Shown here piece after piece: positions 10,026 through 19,760 of a stretch of DNA of 43,471 nt (positions within the stretch are counted from its first letter, which is position 1; each line of letters starts with the position of its first letter). Below the pieces are notes generated by a model. That model made no database searches, was not told where the DNA came from, and saw nothing but the letters and a program-made list of their open reading frames with translations. A program made the translations under genes and the position numbers. This stretch comes from Armatimonadota bacterium (GTDB taxonomy: Bacteria > Armatimonadota > Fimbriimonadia > Fimbriimonadales > GBS-DC), in contig JBBIJY010000023.1 in the NCBI GenBank assembly GCA_037445735.1, positions 1-43,471 of the forward strand, in the 5' to 3' direction.

Positions 10026-11009
10026 ATGTCGGAGCTGCGCTGGCATCCGCTGCGGCAGGAGTGGGTCATCACGGCGACCCATCGGCAGGAGCGCACCTTT
10101 CATCCGCCGCCCGAGTATTGCCCGCTGTGCCCCACGCGCGCGGGCGAGCTGCCCACCGAAGTGCCTGAACCCGATTATGAGATCGTGGTGTTCGAGAACC
10201 GCTTCCCCTCGCTGCTGCGCGAGCCGCCCGCACCCGCGGTTGCGCCCACACCCTTCTCGCCCGTGCGTCCCTCCGAAGGCGTATGCGAGGTCATCCTCTA
10301 CACGCCCGACCATAACGCCACGCTGACCGACCTGCCCGTCCAGCGCATCGAACAGCTGATTGCCGTCTGGTGCGACCGCTACGAATCGCTGAGCCAGCGC
10401 CCCGAAGTGCAGTATGTGTTCATCTTCGAGAACAAGGGGCGTGAAATCGGGGTAACGCTGAGCCATCCGCACGGGCAAATCTACGCCTATCCCTTCATCC
10501 CGCCCGTGATCGAACGCGAACTGAACGCCCAGCAATCCCATTACGAGCGAACAGGCAACTGCCTGCTGTGCGAAATGCTGGCTTACGAGCGGGCAAGCGG
10601 CGAGCGACTGGTCGACGAGAACGCCGACTGGCTGGCGCTGGTGCCCTTCTTCGCGCGTTATCCGTACGAAGTGTGGCTGCTGCCGAAAGTGCATCGGCGC
10701 GACCTTTCTGATCTCCCGGCGGGTGAACGGGCGACGCTGGCGCAGATTCTCAAGCGCGTGCTGCTGCGCTATGACCATCTGTGGGGCTTCTCGATGCCGT
10801 ATATCATGGCACAGCACCCGCGCCCCAGCGACGGCAAGCTCCATCCCGAATGGCACTTCCATATCGAGTTCTATCCGCCCTATCGCACGCCTGACAAGCT
10901 CAAATATCTGGCAGGCTCCGAATCGGGCGCGGGCGTGTTCATCAACGATACCCTGCCCGAACAGACCGCCGCCGAACTGCGAGCGGTGGCAATCCCGTTA
11001 GAGGGGTAA
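10026..11009 (+). CDS. galT: Galactose-1-phosphate uridylyltransferase
   Basis: ELRWHPL, CPLCP, FENRFP, FENKG..IGVTL.HPHGQIY. Confidence 0.96.
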   Translation: MSELRWHPLRQEWVITATHRQERTFHPPPEYCPLCPTRAGELPTEVPEPDYEIVVFENRFPSLLREPPAPAVAPTPFSPVRPSEGVCEVILYTPDHNATLTDLPVQRIEQLIAVWCDRYESLSQRPEVQYVFIFENKGREIGVTLSHPHGQIYAYPFIPPVIERELNAQQSHYERTGNCLLCEMLAYERASGERLVDENADWLALVPFFARYPYEVWLLPKVHRRDLSDLPAGERATLAQILKRVLLRYDHLWGFSMPYIMAQHPRPSDGKLHPEWHFHIEFYPPYRTPDKLKYLAGSESGAGVFINDTLPEQTAAELRAVAIPLEG

Positions 11010-11019
11010 AATCTGAGCG

Positions 11020-12426
11020 ATGCTCTTTCGACAGATTTATGAGGACGGTCTGGCGCAGGCGTCCTATCTGTTCGGCTGCCCAACGATGGGCGAGGCGATG
11101 GTGGTTGACCCCCGCCGCGACATCGATGTCTATCTGGAGCTGGCGGAACAGCACGGGCTGCGCATCGTGGCGGTCGGCGAGACGCATATCCACGCCGACT
11201 ATCTTTCGGGCGCACGCGAGTTAGCCCATGCGACGGGCGCGACGCTCTATCTCTCCGACGAAGGCGACGAAGAGTGGCACTACAGGGGTCTGGACGGCTT
11301 TCGCGTGCGCTGGCTCAGGCACGGCGACGAGTGGCTCATCGGTACGGTGAAGGTGAAGGCGGTTCACACGCCTGGGCACACGCCTGAACACCTCACCTTT
11401 TTGCTCTATGAGGAGGCATCGGCGTCGGAGCCGGTGATTGCGCTCACGGGCGACTTCGTGTTTGTGGGCGATGTGGGTCGCCCCGATTTGCTGGAGGAGG
11501 CGGTCGGCTTGCGTGGCACGGCGGAGCGTGGGGCGCGTCAGCAGCTCTGGAGCCTGCGCGAGCGGTTGCTGACCCTGCCCGACTATCTGCAGCTCTGGCC
11601 GGGGCATGGCGCAGGTTCCGCCTGCGGTAAGTCGCTGGGCGCCCTGCCCGCCACCACGCTGGGCTACGAGCGTCGCCACGCATGGTGGGCGCAATCGCTG
11701 AGCGACGAGCCGCGCTTTGTGCAGCAGCTGTTGCACGATCAGCCCGAAGTACCGCCCTACTTCGCCCGCATGAAGCGTCTCAATCGCGACGGCGCCCCGA
11801 TTCTGGGCAGGCTACCGCAGCCCCCGCTGCTGGACCCCGACGCCTTTCAGGGAGCGGTTGAGCAGGGCGCCATCCTGATCGACACGCGCCCACCGCTGGC
11901 GTTCGCCCGCGGGCATATTGCGGGCGCGCTCAATATCCCGTTCAGCCCGCGCTTCGCCCACTGGGCAGGCTGGCTGCTGCCCGATAATCGCCCACTTCTT
12001 CTCGTGACGCCTCCAGAGAACCTCGACGCGCTTGTGCGCCACCTGATCCGCGTGGGGCTGGACAATCTGGCAGGCTACATCCCGCGCGTGGAAGGCTATG
12101 CGCCTGCTGGCTTGCAAACTGTGCCGCTGCTGAACGCAGACGAGGCGTATGCGCAGTGGCGGCAGGGCGCGCAGGTGCTGGATGTGCGCAGTCGTGCCGA
12201 GTATCAGCAGGCGCATATCCCGAACGCGCAAAACCTCTTTGTGGGCTATCTGCCCCAGCAACTCAAGCATGTGCCGCGCGATGCGCCCGTTATTGTGCAG
12301 TGCCGCACAGGTGAGCGTTCCAGCATCGCCAGCAGCATCCTGCAGGCGCACGGCTACACGAACATCTTCAATCTCGTCGACGGCATCGTCGGCTGGCAGG
12401 AACGGGGCTACCCGCTGGAGCGATAG
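11020..12426 (+). CDS. MBL-fold persulfide dioxygenase-like hydrolase fused to two rhodanese domains (Blh/CstB-like)
   Basis: THIHADYLSG, TPGHTPEH, GDVGRPDL, PGHGAGSACG, GHIAGA and C-terminal CRTGERS. Confidence 0.9.
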   Translation: MLFRQIYEDGLAQASYLFGCPTMGEAMVVDPRRDIDVYLELAEQHGLRIVAVGETHIHADYLSGARELAHATGATLYLSDEGDEEWHYRGLDGFRVRWLRHGDEWLIGTVKVKAVHTPGHTPEHLTFLLYEEASASEPVIALTGDFVFVGDVGRPDLLEEAVGLRGTAERGARQQLWSLRERLLTLPDYLQLWPGHGAGSACGKSLGALPATTLGYERRHAWWAQSLSDEPRFVQQLLHDQPEVPPYFARMKRLNRDGAPILGRLPQPPLLDPDAFQGAVEQGAILIDTRPPLAFARGHIAGALNIPFSPRFAHWAGWLLPDNRPLLLVTPPENLDALVRHLIRVGLDNLAGYIPRVEGYAPAGLQTVPLLNADEAYAQWRQGAQVLDVRSRAEYQQAHIPNAQNLFVGYLPQQLKHVPRDAPVIVQCRTGERSSIASSILQAHGYTNIFNLVDGIVGWQERGYPLER

Positions 12427-12450
12427 GCTCCCCGTTATGGTGGGAGCCTA
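12424..12450. terminator. Hairpin between convergent genes
   Basis: TAGGCTCCC-9 nt-GGGAGCCTA. There is no U-tract. Confidence 0.5.
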
Positions 12451-15063
12451 CCGCGCAGGGGCGGCTTCTGCCTCGGTCACCCGCTCGAACACGAACTGCC
12501 CGTCGCGGAAGTCGACGCGGATGGTGTCGCCGTCGCCGAACTCGCGGGCAAGCAGTTTCTGCGCCAGCGGGTTCAGCACCTCGCGCTCGATCGTGCGGCG
12601 CAACGGACGCGCACCATACTCGTGGCTGAAGCCGCGATTCGCCAGCTCCATTTTCGCCTCGCTGGTCAACTCCAGCCGAATCTTGCGCTCGTCCAGCCGC
12701 TTCTGAACCTGCTTCAGCTGCAGGTCGACAATCTGCATAATCTGCAGGATGTCCAGCGGGTTGAAGATCACAATCTCATCGATGCGGTTCAGGAACTCTG
12801 GACGGAAGTGCGCCCGCAACGCCTGCAGAATCTGCTCGCGAATCTCGTCACGATTGAACTCGTCCATCTCCTGGAACAGCACGGAGCCGATGTTGCTGGT
12901 CATAATCACAATCGTGTTGCGGAAGTCGACGGTGTGCCCCTGTCCATCGGTGAGGCGTCCATCGTCCAGCAGCTGGAGCAGCACATTGAACACCTCCGGG
13001 TGCGCCTTCTCGATTTCGTCGAACAGCACCACGCTGTAGGGTCGGCGGCGCACCGCTTCGGTGAGCTGTCCGCCTTCCTCGTAGCCGACATAGCCGGGCG
13101 GCGCACCGATCAGGCGCGACACCGTATGCCGCTCCATATACTCACTCATATCGATGCGCACCATGTTGCGCTCATCGTCGAACAGGAACTCGGCGAGCGC
13201 CTTCGCCAGCTCCGTCTTGCCGACGCCTGTCGGACCCAGAAAGATGAACGACCCGATCGGGCGGTTGGGGTCGGACAGCCCTGCGCGTGCCCGGCGAATG
13301 GCGTTCGCCACCGCTGCAATCGCCTCATCCTGACCGACCACGCGCTGCTTGAGCCGCTCCTCAATATGCAGCAGCTTCTCGGTCTCCGACTCTTTGAGCC
13401 GATGCACGGGGATACCCGTCCATTTGGAGACCACCTCGGCGATGTCGTCAGCGTCCACCTCCTCTTTGAGCAGCTGCATCTCTTTTTGCACTTCGGCGAG
13501 CCGCTCCTGTTCCGCCTGAAGCTGCTTTTGCAGTTCGAGCAGGACGCCGTAGCGCAGTTCGGCGGCTCTGGCGAAGTCGCCCGCGCGCTCGGCTTGCTGC
13601 TCTTCGAACTTCGCCTTCTCGATACGCTCCTTGAGGTCGCGGATTCGGGTGATAATCTCCTTCTCGCGCTGCCAGTGGGCGACGAGCCGGGCTTTCTCCT
13701 CCTGCAGATTTGCCAGCTCGCGCTCCAGTCGCTCCATCTGCTCGCGTGCCTGCGGGGTGTCCTCACGGCGCAGCGCCTCACGCTCAATCTCCAGCTGGCG
13801 AATCCTGCGCTCCACCTCATCGATTTCGGTGGGCATCGAGTCGATTTCCATGCGGAGTTTGGCAGCCGCTTCGTCGATGAGGTCAATCGCCTTATCGGGC
13901 AGGAATCGATCAGTGATGTAGCGGTGGGAGAGTCTCGCGGCGGCGATGATGGCGCTGTCGTTGATGCGCACGCCGTGATGCACCTCGTAGCGCTCTTTCA
14001 GCCCGCGCAGGATGGCGATGGTGTCCTCCACACTCGGCTCGGCGACATACACGGGCTGGAAGCGTCGCTCCAGCGCGGGGTCCTTCTCGATATGCTTGCG
14101 GTACTCATCAAGCGTGGTGGCGCCGATGGTGCGCAGCTCGCCGCGCGCCAGCAGCGGCTTGAGCATGTTGGCGGCGTCGATGGCGCCCTCAGCGGCGCCC
14201 GCGCCCACCAGCGTATGCAGCTCATCAATAAACAGAATAATGCGCCCTTCCGCGCTGGTGACCTCGCGCAGCACGGCTTTGAGCCGCTCTTCGAACTCGC
14301 CGCGATACTTCGCACCTGCAATCAGTGCGCCCAGATCGAGCTGCACGATGCGCTTCTCTTTGAGCGTTTCGGGCACATCGCCCGCGACGATGCGCTGCGC
14401 CAGCCCCTCCACGATGGCGGTTTTACCAACACCTGGTTCGCCAATCAGCACGGGGTTGTTCTTCGTGCGGCGCGACAGCACATGGATCACGCGTCGAATC
14501 TCCTCATCGCGCCCGATGACGGGATCGAGCTTGCCCTGCCGTGCCAGCAGGGTCAGGTCGCGCCCGTACTTCTCCAGCGCCTGATACTTCTCTTCGGGGT
14601 TCTGGTCAGTGATGCGCTGTCCGCCGCGAATGTCCTGCAGAGCGCGCAGGATAGCGTCGCGTGTGACGCCGCTCGCTCGCAGAATGCGCCCCACCTCACC
14701 CGATGTATCCGCCGTTAGACCCAGCAGCAGATGCTCCGTGCTGACATACTCATCCTTCAGGCGGATTGCCTCGTCGAAGGCGGTATCGAAGACCGCTTTG
14801 AGGCGCGGGGTGATCTGGGCGCCGGCGGCAGATGCGCCCGTCGCCTGCGGGCGACGCCTGAGGTCGGCTTCGATGCTGTTGCGAATAACGGCGGGCATCA
14901 CGCCCAGCTTCTGCAAGATCGCAGGCACAACGCCGCCCTCCTGCTGCAGAAGCGCCAGCATCAGATGCTCGCTATCAACAGCCGGGTGGCGATACTGTTC
15001 CGCGAGATGAATCGCCTCCTGCACAGCCTCCTGCGCCTTGATGGTCAGCTTATCGAATCGCAT
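12448..15063 (-). CDS. clpB: ATP-dependent chaperone ClpB
   Basis: N-domain, two AAA modules ([16 protein letters not shown]), coiled-coil M domain and GARPLRR; 871 aa. Confidence 0.98.
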   Translation of the reverse strand: MRFDKLTIKAQEAVQEAIHLAEQYRHPAVDSEHLMLALLQQEGGVVPAILQKLGVMPAVIRNSIEADLRRRPQATGASAAGAQITPRLKAVFDTAFDEAIRLKDEYVSTEHLLLGLTADTSGEVGRILRASGVTRDAILRALQDIRGGQRITDQNPEEKYQALEKYGRDLTLLARQGKLDPVIGRDEEIRRVIHVLSRRTKNNPVLIGEPGVGKTAIVEGLAQRIVAGDVPETLKEKRIVQLDLGALIAGAKYRGEFEERLKAVLREVTSAEGRIILFIDELHTLVGAGAAEGAIDAANMLKPLLARGELRTIGATTLDEYRKHIEKDPALERRFQPVYVAEPSVEDTIAILRGLKERYEVHHGVRINDSAIIAAARLSHRYITDRFLPDKAIDLIDEAAAKLRMEIDSMPTEIDEVERRIRQLEIEREALRREDTPQAREQMERLERELANLQEEKARLVAHWQREKEIITRIRDLKERIEKAKFEEQQAERAGDFARAAELRYGVLLELQKQLQAEQERLAEVQKEMQLLKEEVDADDIAEVVSKWTGIPVHRLKESETEKLLHIEERLKQRVVGQDEAIAAVANAIRRARAGLSDPNRPIGSFIFLGPTGVGKTELAKALAEFLFDDERNMVRIDMSEYMERHTVSRLIGAPPGYVGYEEGGQLTEAVRRRPYSVVLFDEIEKAHPEVFNVLLQLLDDGRLTDGQGHTVDFRNTIVIMTSNIGSVLFQEMDEFNRDEIREQILQALRAHFRPEFLNRIDEIVIFNPLDILQIMQIVDLQLKQVQKRLDERKIRLELTSEAKMELANRGFSHEYGARPLRRTIEREVLNPLAQKLLAREFGDGDTIRVDFRDGQFVFERVTEAEAAPAR

Positions 15064-15075
15064 AGCCGTCCCTCC

Positions 15076-15100
15076 GACTTTAGTCTCCCGTTGTCAAGTC
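15076..15100. promoter_or_regulatory. HAIR-like (HspR) inverted repeat upstream of clpB
   Basis: GACTTTAGT-N7-TGTCAAGTC. The core matches CTTGAGT-N7-ACTCAAG at 11/14 positions with exact spacing. Confidence 0.5.
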
Positions 15101-15192
15101 TCCTGATAACCATAATGTTATACCCCATCGCTGCGGTTGAAGTTCCCCATGATTATGCCGTCCCCATCCCATTTTGTAGAAGCGATTCTCAC

Positions 15193-15355
15193 ATGCGCAT
15201 CATTGGGATGGAGTTGCGGTTGCTGGAGTATCCGCTGGCGACGCCGTTTTATCCGTCGTGGCTGCCGGGCTATCCGCTGGAGTGGGTCTGGCGCAGCCTC
15301 ACCTGCGGTCGACGCCTGCCCCTTCGAAGCGTGAGAACCCAGCAGGCATAGGCGG
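15193..15355 (+). pseudogene. Internally deleted duplicate: 5' end of the racemase gene fused to the 3' end of the DUF418 gene
   Basis: 15193-15277 matches 16452-16536 (1 mismatch in 85). 15278-15355 matches 18773-18850 (5 mismatches in 78). Confidence 0.92.
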
Positions 15356-15382
15356 ATGGTGTATAATAGAAGGGGTGAGCTT

Positions 15383-15628
15383 ATGAACTACACTGTGAGG
15401 GCGGTCTATGTGGATGGAGTGCTTCGCCCGTTTGAACCGCTGCCACTGTCCAACGGGCAGGAGGTGGAAATAACCATTCGACTCGGTCAGCACGAGCTTG
15501 CGCAGCACTGGCGTGCCTGGCAGGAATTTCTGGACAATCTGGAACCTCTCAGCGATGAACAGCTGCGGTTGCTTGAAGATTCAGCTCGACGGAGACCTCT
15601 GTTCCGACCGTTTGCCTGGGATAAATGA
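15383..15628 (+). CDS. Antitoxin, DUF104/AF2212-like
   Basis: TVRAVYVDGVLRPFEPLPLSNGQEVEITI. TATAAT at 15362-15367 and an SD-like sequence upstream. Overlaps the toxin start (ATGA). Confidence 0.85.
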   Translation: MNYTVRAVYVDGVLRPFEPLPLSNGQEVEITIRLGQHELAQHWRAWQEFLDNLEPLSDEQLRLLEDSARRRPLFRPFAWDK

Positions 15629-16035
15629 ACGGCTACTTACTGGATACTGATGCGGTGATCGCAATTCTACGCGCATCTTCGGCGGTGCGCTTGCGTTTGG
15701 AGCAGGCATGGCAGGAAGGCAAACCGGTTTTTATAAGCGCTCTTACCTACTATGAGACGAAGCGTGGACTGCTCCATGCTGGTGCAGTTCGTCAAGCACT
15801 GCACTTTGAACAGCTATGCGAGCGTATAGGCATTTTGACTTTAACCAAAGCAGTATTGGACAGAGCCGCTCAGATATATGCGAACTTAGCCCAACAGGGG
15901 CAATTAATCGAGGATGCCGACATCCTTATCGGAGCAACGGCTATAGAATACGGATTAATACTGATTACAGGTAATCGTAGACATTTTGCGAGGGTAGAGG
16001 GACTGGTCATAGAAGACTGGGTGGGGAGCGAGTAG
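15625..16035 (+). CDS. vapC: PIN-domain toxin, VapC family
   Basis: YLLDTD, TYYE, DADILIGATA and LITGNRRHFARVEGLVIEDW. Confidence 0.92.
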   Translation: MNGYLLDTDAVIAILRASSAVRLRLEQAWQEGKPVFISALTYYETKRGLLHAGAVRQALHFEQLCERIGILTLTKAVLDRAAQIYANLAQQGQLIEDADILIGATAIEYGLILITGNRRHFARVEGLVIEDWVGSE

Positions 16036-16038
16036 GAT

Positions 16039-16074
16039 GGGGATGCTGAGCCGTTGCTGGGCGTCAGCATCCCC
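16039..16074. terminator. Hairpin after vapC
   Basis: 11-bp stem GGGGATGCTGA / TCAGCATCCCC, between vapC and a convergent remnant. Confidence 0.6.
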
Positions 16075-16081
16075 TGTTCAA

Positions 16082-16306
16082 TTAGCACCCCGTGCCGAAG
16101 TTGAACAGCACCATCAGCAGGTCAGCGTCGTCCGCCGTGCCGTCGCCGCTGGTATCGCCCGTGCGCCATGTGTCCAGCAAAAAGCCCTTATAGCGTCCCG
16201 TCGTCGGATTGTAGCCGACGCCCACGATGTAATGCCCAGCGAGCGAAATAGAATTGGCATGGGACAGCTAAGACCCGCCCAGTAGGTCGGTTGGCGTAAG
16301 TCTCGT
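16082..16306 (-). pseudogene. 3' remnant of a secreted HAF-repeat-like protein ending in a dockerin/EF-hand-like motif
   Basis: The minus strand reads LLGGS*LSHANSISLAGHYIVGVGYNPTTGRYKGFLLDTWRTGDTSGDGTADDADLLMVLFNFGTGC*, with an internal stop, an upstream frameshift (NETYAN) and no 5' portion. The family was recognised from memory. Confidence 0.7.
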
Positions 16307-16316
16307 TGCAGGCGGC

Positions 16317-16344
16317 GGTTCCCCCTGCGCCCGTAGGGGGAACC
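16317..16344. repeat. GC-rich hairpin
   Basis: GGTTCCCCCTGCG-CC-CGTAGGGGGAACC, at the truncation point of the remnant. Confidence 0.55.
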
Positions 16345-16451
16345 TCATGGAGAGGGTCGCGCAGGACACTTCCGATGAGGGCGTTCGTTTGCTCTTTTTG
16401 CGTACGGTTCCACGGCAGGACTGTTCCAGAAAGGGTAGAAGAGGTTATCCC

Positions 16452-17579
16452 ATGCGCATCGTTGGGATGGAGTTGCGGTTGCTGGAGTATCCGCTGGCGA
16501 CGCCGTTTTATCCGTCGTGGCTGCCGGGCTATCCGCAGACGGCGCATCGGGTTCATCTGCTGACGCTGGAGACGGATGAGGGCATTCGGGGCTATGCGGC
16601 AGGTGTCGCTTTCAGCCGTGAAGGGGAGGGGCTTCAACAGCTACTGCTCCCGTTTCTGTTCGGGCGCGACCCGTTTCAGGTGGAGCAGGTGGTGCAGATT
16701 TGCCGCTCGGCGACCTTTCTGGGGCTGCGCCTGTGGTGGATCGAGATGGCGTTCTGGGACATTATCGGCAAGGCGGTGGGACAGCCTGTGTATCGCCTGC
16801 TGGGCGGCTTTCAGGAGCGCGTGCGTGCCTACGCCAGCACGGGCGAGCTGAAGGGGGTCTCCGAGCGGCTGGACTATATCGCCCAGATTCGCGAGATGGG
16901 CTTCCGTGCGGTCAAGCTGCGCTTCCATAGCATAGACTGGCGTGAGGATATGGCGGTCGCCCGCAAGGTGCGCGAGCAGTACCCCGATATGGCGCTTATG
17001 GTGGACGCCAACATGGGCTGGCGCGTGGCGGGGATGGGCGAGGCGCCGCACTGGGACCTCGCAACTGCCCTGCGCGTGGCAGAAGAGCTTGCCGAGATCG
17101 GTGTCGTCTGGCTGGAGGAGCCGCTGGACAAGCACGACTATGAGGGCTATCGCCGCCTGCGTGAGAAGTCGCCTGTCGCCCTCGCCGCTGGCGAGATGAA
17201 CCAGGACCTGCACGAGTTCCGCGAGTTTCTGGTGCGCGACGCGCTCGATGTGCTTCAGCCCGATGTGTCGCTGTCGGGCGGCATCCTGACGGGCAAAAAG
17301 GTTGCGGCGATGGCGGAGGCGTTCGGCAAACGCATCGCGCCGCACACATGGACGAACGGGCTGGGGCTGGCAGCCAATCTCCAGCTGATGGGCGCGTGCC
17401 CCAACTGCGAATGGGCGGAGTTCCCCTACGAACCGCCCGGCTGGGACCTCAACGCCCGCGACTACTTCCTGACCGAACCCATCACCGTCGATCCCGACGG
17501 CTTCATCACCATTCCGAGCAAGCCCGGTCTGGGTGTGGAGATCGATGAGGAGGCGGTCAAACAGTATCAGGTGAGGTAG
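16452..17579 (+). CDS. Mandelate racemase/muconate lactonizing enzyme family protein
   Basis: WDIIGKAVGQPVYRLLGG, KLR, MVDAN, WLEEP, AGE, QPD and APH motifs. Start re-assigned to ATG 16452. Confidence 0.92.
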   Translation: MRIVGMELRLLEYPLATPFYPSWLPGYPQTAHRVHLLTLETDEGIRGYAAGVAFSREGEGLQQLLLPFLFGRDPFQVEQVVQICRSATFLGLRLWWIEMAFWDIIGKAVGQPVYRLLGGFQERVRAYASTGELKGVSERLDYIAQIREMGFRAVKLRFHSIDWREDMAVARKVREQYPDMALMVDANMGWRVAGMGEAPHWDLATALRVAEELAEIGVVWLEEPLDKHDYEGYRRLREKSPVALAAGEMNQDLHEFREFLVRDALDVLQPDVSLSGGILTGKKVAAMAEAFGKRIAPHTWTNGLGLAANLQLMGACPNCEWAEFPYEPPGWDLNARDYFLTEPITVDPDGFITIPSKPGLGVEIDEEAVKQYQVR

Positions 17580-17586
17580 GGGACGC

Positions 17587-18846
17587 ATGGAGGCGAATAT
17601 GCCTGCAGGCGGTGTGGCGGAGCCTTCGCGGGAGCGGCTCCTGGCGATCGATGCACTGCGCGGGATTGCCCTGCTGGGCATCCTGATGGTGAATATTGCT
17701 TCTTTCAAATCGCCTGCTGAGCTGGGGATTGGCTTCCGCGCAATCGGTGGAGCTGCTGATTGGTGGATGAAAGGGCTGGTGAGCGCCCTGTTTGAGGGCA
17801 AATTTTATCCCATCTTCAGTTTTCTGTTTGGACTGGGTTTCGCTCTTCAGATGGCGCGCCTGGAAGCGCGCGGGGTATCGTTCGTGCCGCTCTACCTGCG
17901 ACGGATGCTGGTGCTGGCACTGATTGGCATCCTGCATGCGGTGCTGATCTGGGAGGGCGACATCCTCCTGCCCTACGCGGTGATGGGGCTGATATTACTG
18001 CTGTTTCGTCGCTGTTCGACGCGCGCGCTGCTGCTCTGGGTGGGCATGATATGGCTGGCGCAGTTTCTGTGCTGTGGTGGTACAGTCGGTTTATTCTCCC
18101 TGATGGCGCGTATTCCTGAAGCACGACAGGGATTCGAAGCGGGCGACAGGGAGATGCGGGTCAGTTTTAAAAAGGCAGCCGAGCAGGCGTATCGCTTCTA
18201 CGGGCAGGGTTCCTATGGGGAAGCCTTGCGGTTCCGCCTGAGGCAATGGGGCACGCTGCTGCTGGTTTATCTGGCAATGTTCCCGAACCTGTTGCTTTGC
18301 TTCCTGATGGGATTGTACTGTGGTCGGGTTGGAGTGTTTGAGGCGCCCCATCGGTATACTCGCTGGTGGATCGGGATTGCCCTTGCGGGCTGGCTGTTGG
18401 GCTTGCCGCTGAATCTCCTCTATGCTCGTGAGGTGCTGGAGCAGGCGCGCGAGGCGTCAATGAAGGGGTTGATGACCATGATGTGGCTCAATCTCTCGTT
18501 CGGGGTTGTGCTGGCGGCGGGCTATGTGGCGACCTTTCTCCTGTTGTGGGAGCGCATCGGGCGCTGGCTGACGCCCATCGCCTGCGCGGGGCGGATGGCG
18601 CTGACCAACTATCTGGCGCAGTCGGTGGCAGGTGCGCTGGTTTTCTATGGCTATGCAGTGGGCTATTACGGCAAGGTCGGGCTGACCACCGCGATAGCCG
18701 GTGTGGTGCTGTTTTACCTTCTGCAGGTGGTGATCAGCACGCTCTGGCTGAAGCGATTCGCCTACGGTCCGATGGAGTGGGTCTGGCGCAGCCTCACCTA
18801 CGGTCGACGCCTGCCCCTTCGAAGCGAGAGAACCCAGCAGGTATGA
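17587..18846 (+). CDS. DUF418 (YeiB-like) membrane protein
   Basis: IDALRGIALLGILMVN, GKFYPIFSFLFGLG, GRMALTNYLAQS and YGPMEWVWRSLTY. Confidence 0.92.
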   Translation: MEANMPAGGVAEPSRERLLAIDALRGIALLGILMVNIASFKSPAELGIGFRAIGGAADWWMKGLVSALFEGKFYPIFSFLFGLGFALQMARLEARGVSFVPLYLRRMLVLALIGILHAVLIWEGDILLPYAVMGLILLLFRRCSTRALLLWVGMIWLAQFLCCGGTVGLFSLMARIPEARQGFEAGDREMRVSFKKAAEQAYRFYGQGSYGEALRFRLRQWGTLLLVYLAMFPNLLLCFLMGLYCGRVGVFEAPHRYTRWWIGIALAGWLLGLPLNLLYAREVLEQAREASMKGLMTMMWLNLSFGVVLAAGYVATFLLLWERIGRWLTPIACAGRMALTNYLAQSVAGALVFYGYAVGYYGKVGLTTAIAGVVLFYLLQVVISTLWLKRFAYGPMEWVWRSLTYGRRLPLRSERTQQV

Positions 18847-18850
18847 GCGG

Positions 18851-18950
18851 GAAGGTAAACCGGTTTTTTATAAGTGCTCTTACCTGCTATGAGACGAAGC
18901 GTGGATGGCTCCATGCTGGTGCAGTGCGTCAAGCACTGAACTTTGAGCAG
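18851..18950 (+). pseudogene. Internal fragment of vapC (second copy)
   Basis: Matches 15715-15813 with about 8 substitutions and one extra T in the T run. Confidence 0.9.
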
Positions 18951-19737
18951 TTTAGGTCGTCGTGTGCGTGGCACGCTGGAGGTGGCGTATCTCTATTCGG
19001 GGGATACGCTTGTTGCCGAGCGCGTGAATGGGGAATGGGTATACTACGGGTACGGTGCGGCGATGTACGCACAGGTAGCAGGCACAGGGACGGAGTATAA
19101 GCACTGGAACTGGCGTGGGGATCTGGTGGCAAAGTCGGACGCCAGTGGCACATACTCGCCTGCGCCGCTCACGGACGCTTTTGGCGACACGATAAATGGC
19201 ACCCGCGACACCTACGACTGGAATGGGGCGTGGGGGTATCGGAACGAGCCGTTCAGTGGTGGGTTGCAGAAGGTGGGTGTTCGGTGGTATGACCCTGCGG
19301 TAGGGCGGTTTTTGCAGCTGGATCCGTGGCTGGGGGATGTTTATCAGCCGCTGACGCTGAATGGGTATGGGTATTGTGTGAATGACCCCGTGCAGCTGGT
19401 GGATCCGAGTGGGGAAAACTGGTTGAAGGACTTTTTTGAGTTTTTTGATCGCTTGCGCGGCCCACTTCCGCCTGTGGTGCGTGGGGTGGGTGTGCTTGGA
19501 GGATACTGCAGTGCAGCGGGCGTTATTTTGGGGGACATTCAAAACGGTGTAAAGACGCCTAATCCGCTGACATCCTTGGGGTACATAGGTGGTGGAATCG
19601 TAATGGCAGGTGGGGCACTGGTGGCCGTGGCAGGTGCAACCACTGTTGGCGTAGCTGTAGGCGCAGTGGTAGGAGTGTTCCTAGGGGGATACTTGATTGC
19701 GCGAGGGGTAGCAGGGCTGATAAATTATTTTCAATAA
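18951..19737 (+). CDS. Orphan Rhs core tip with hydrophobic C-terminal toxin domain (5'-truncated)
   Basis: [17 protein letters not shown]...[18 protein letters not shown] is the Rhs-associated core and DPxG cleavage motif (19402-19413). A 107-aa Gly-rich tail follows. There is no SD or credible start. Confidence 0.88.
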
Positions 19738-19760
19738 ATGATGGTTTGGAGGCAGAACTC

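Noticed and set aside
12622..14718. 698-aa antisense ORF over clpB, and many other long shadow ORFs
   Set aside because: These are the expected mirror-frame artefact of GC-rich codon bias; they have no motifs or translation signals.
15064..15190. CIRCE/CtsR operator, or TTGACA (15097-15092, minus) as the clpB -35
   Set aside because: There is no TTAGCACTC-N9-GAGTGCTAA and no CtsR heptad repeat, and no -10 box lies at the proper spacing downstream of the TTGACA.
15193..18950. Duplicated segments as a DGR template/variable repeat pair
   Set aside because: The mismatches are not adenine-specific, there is no reverse transcriptase, and duplication plus deletion explains the pattern.
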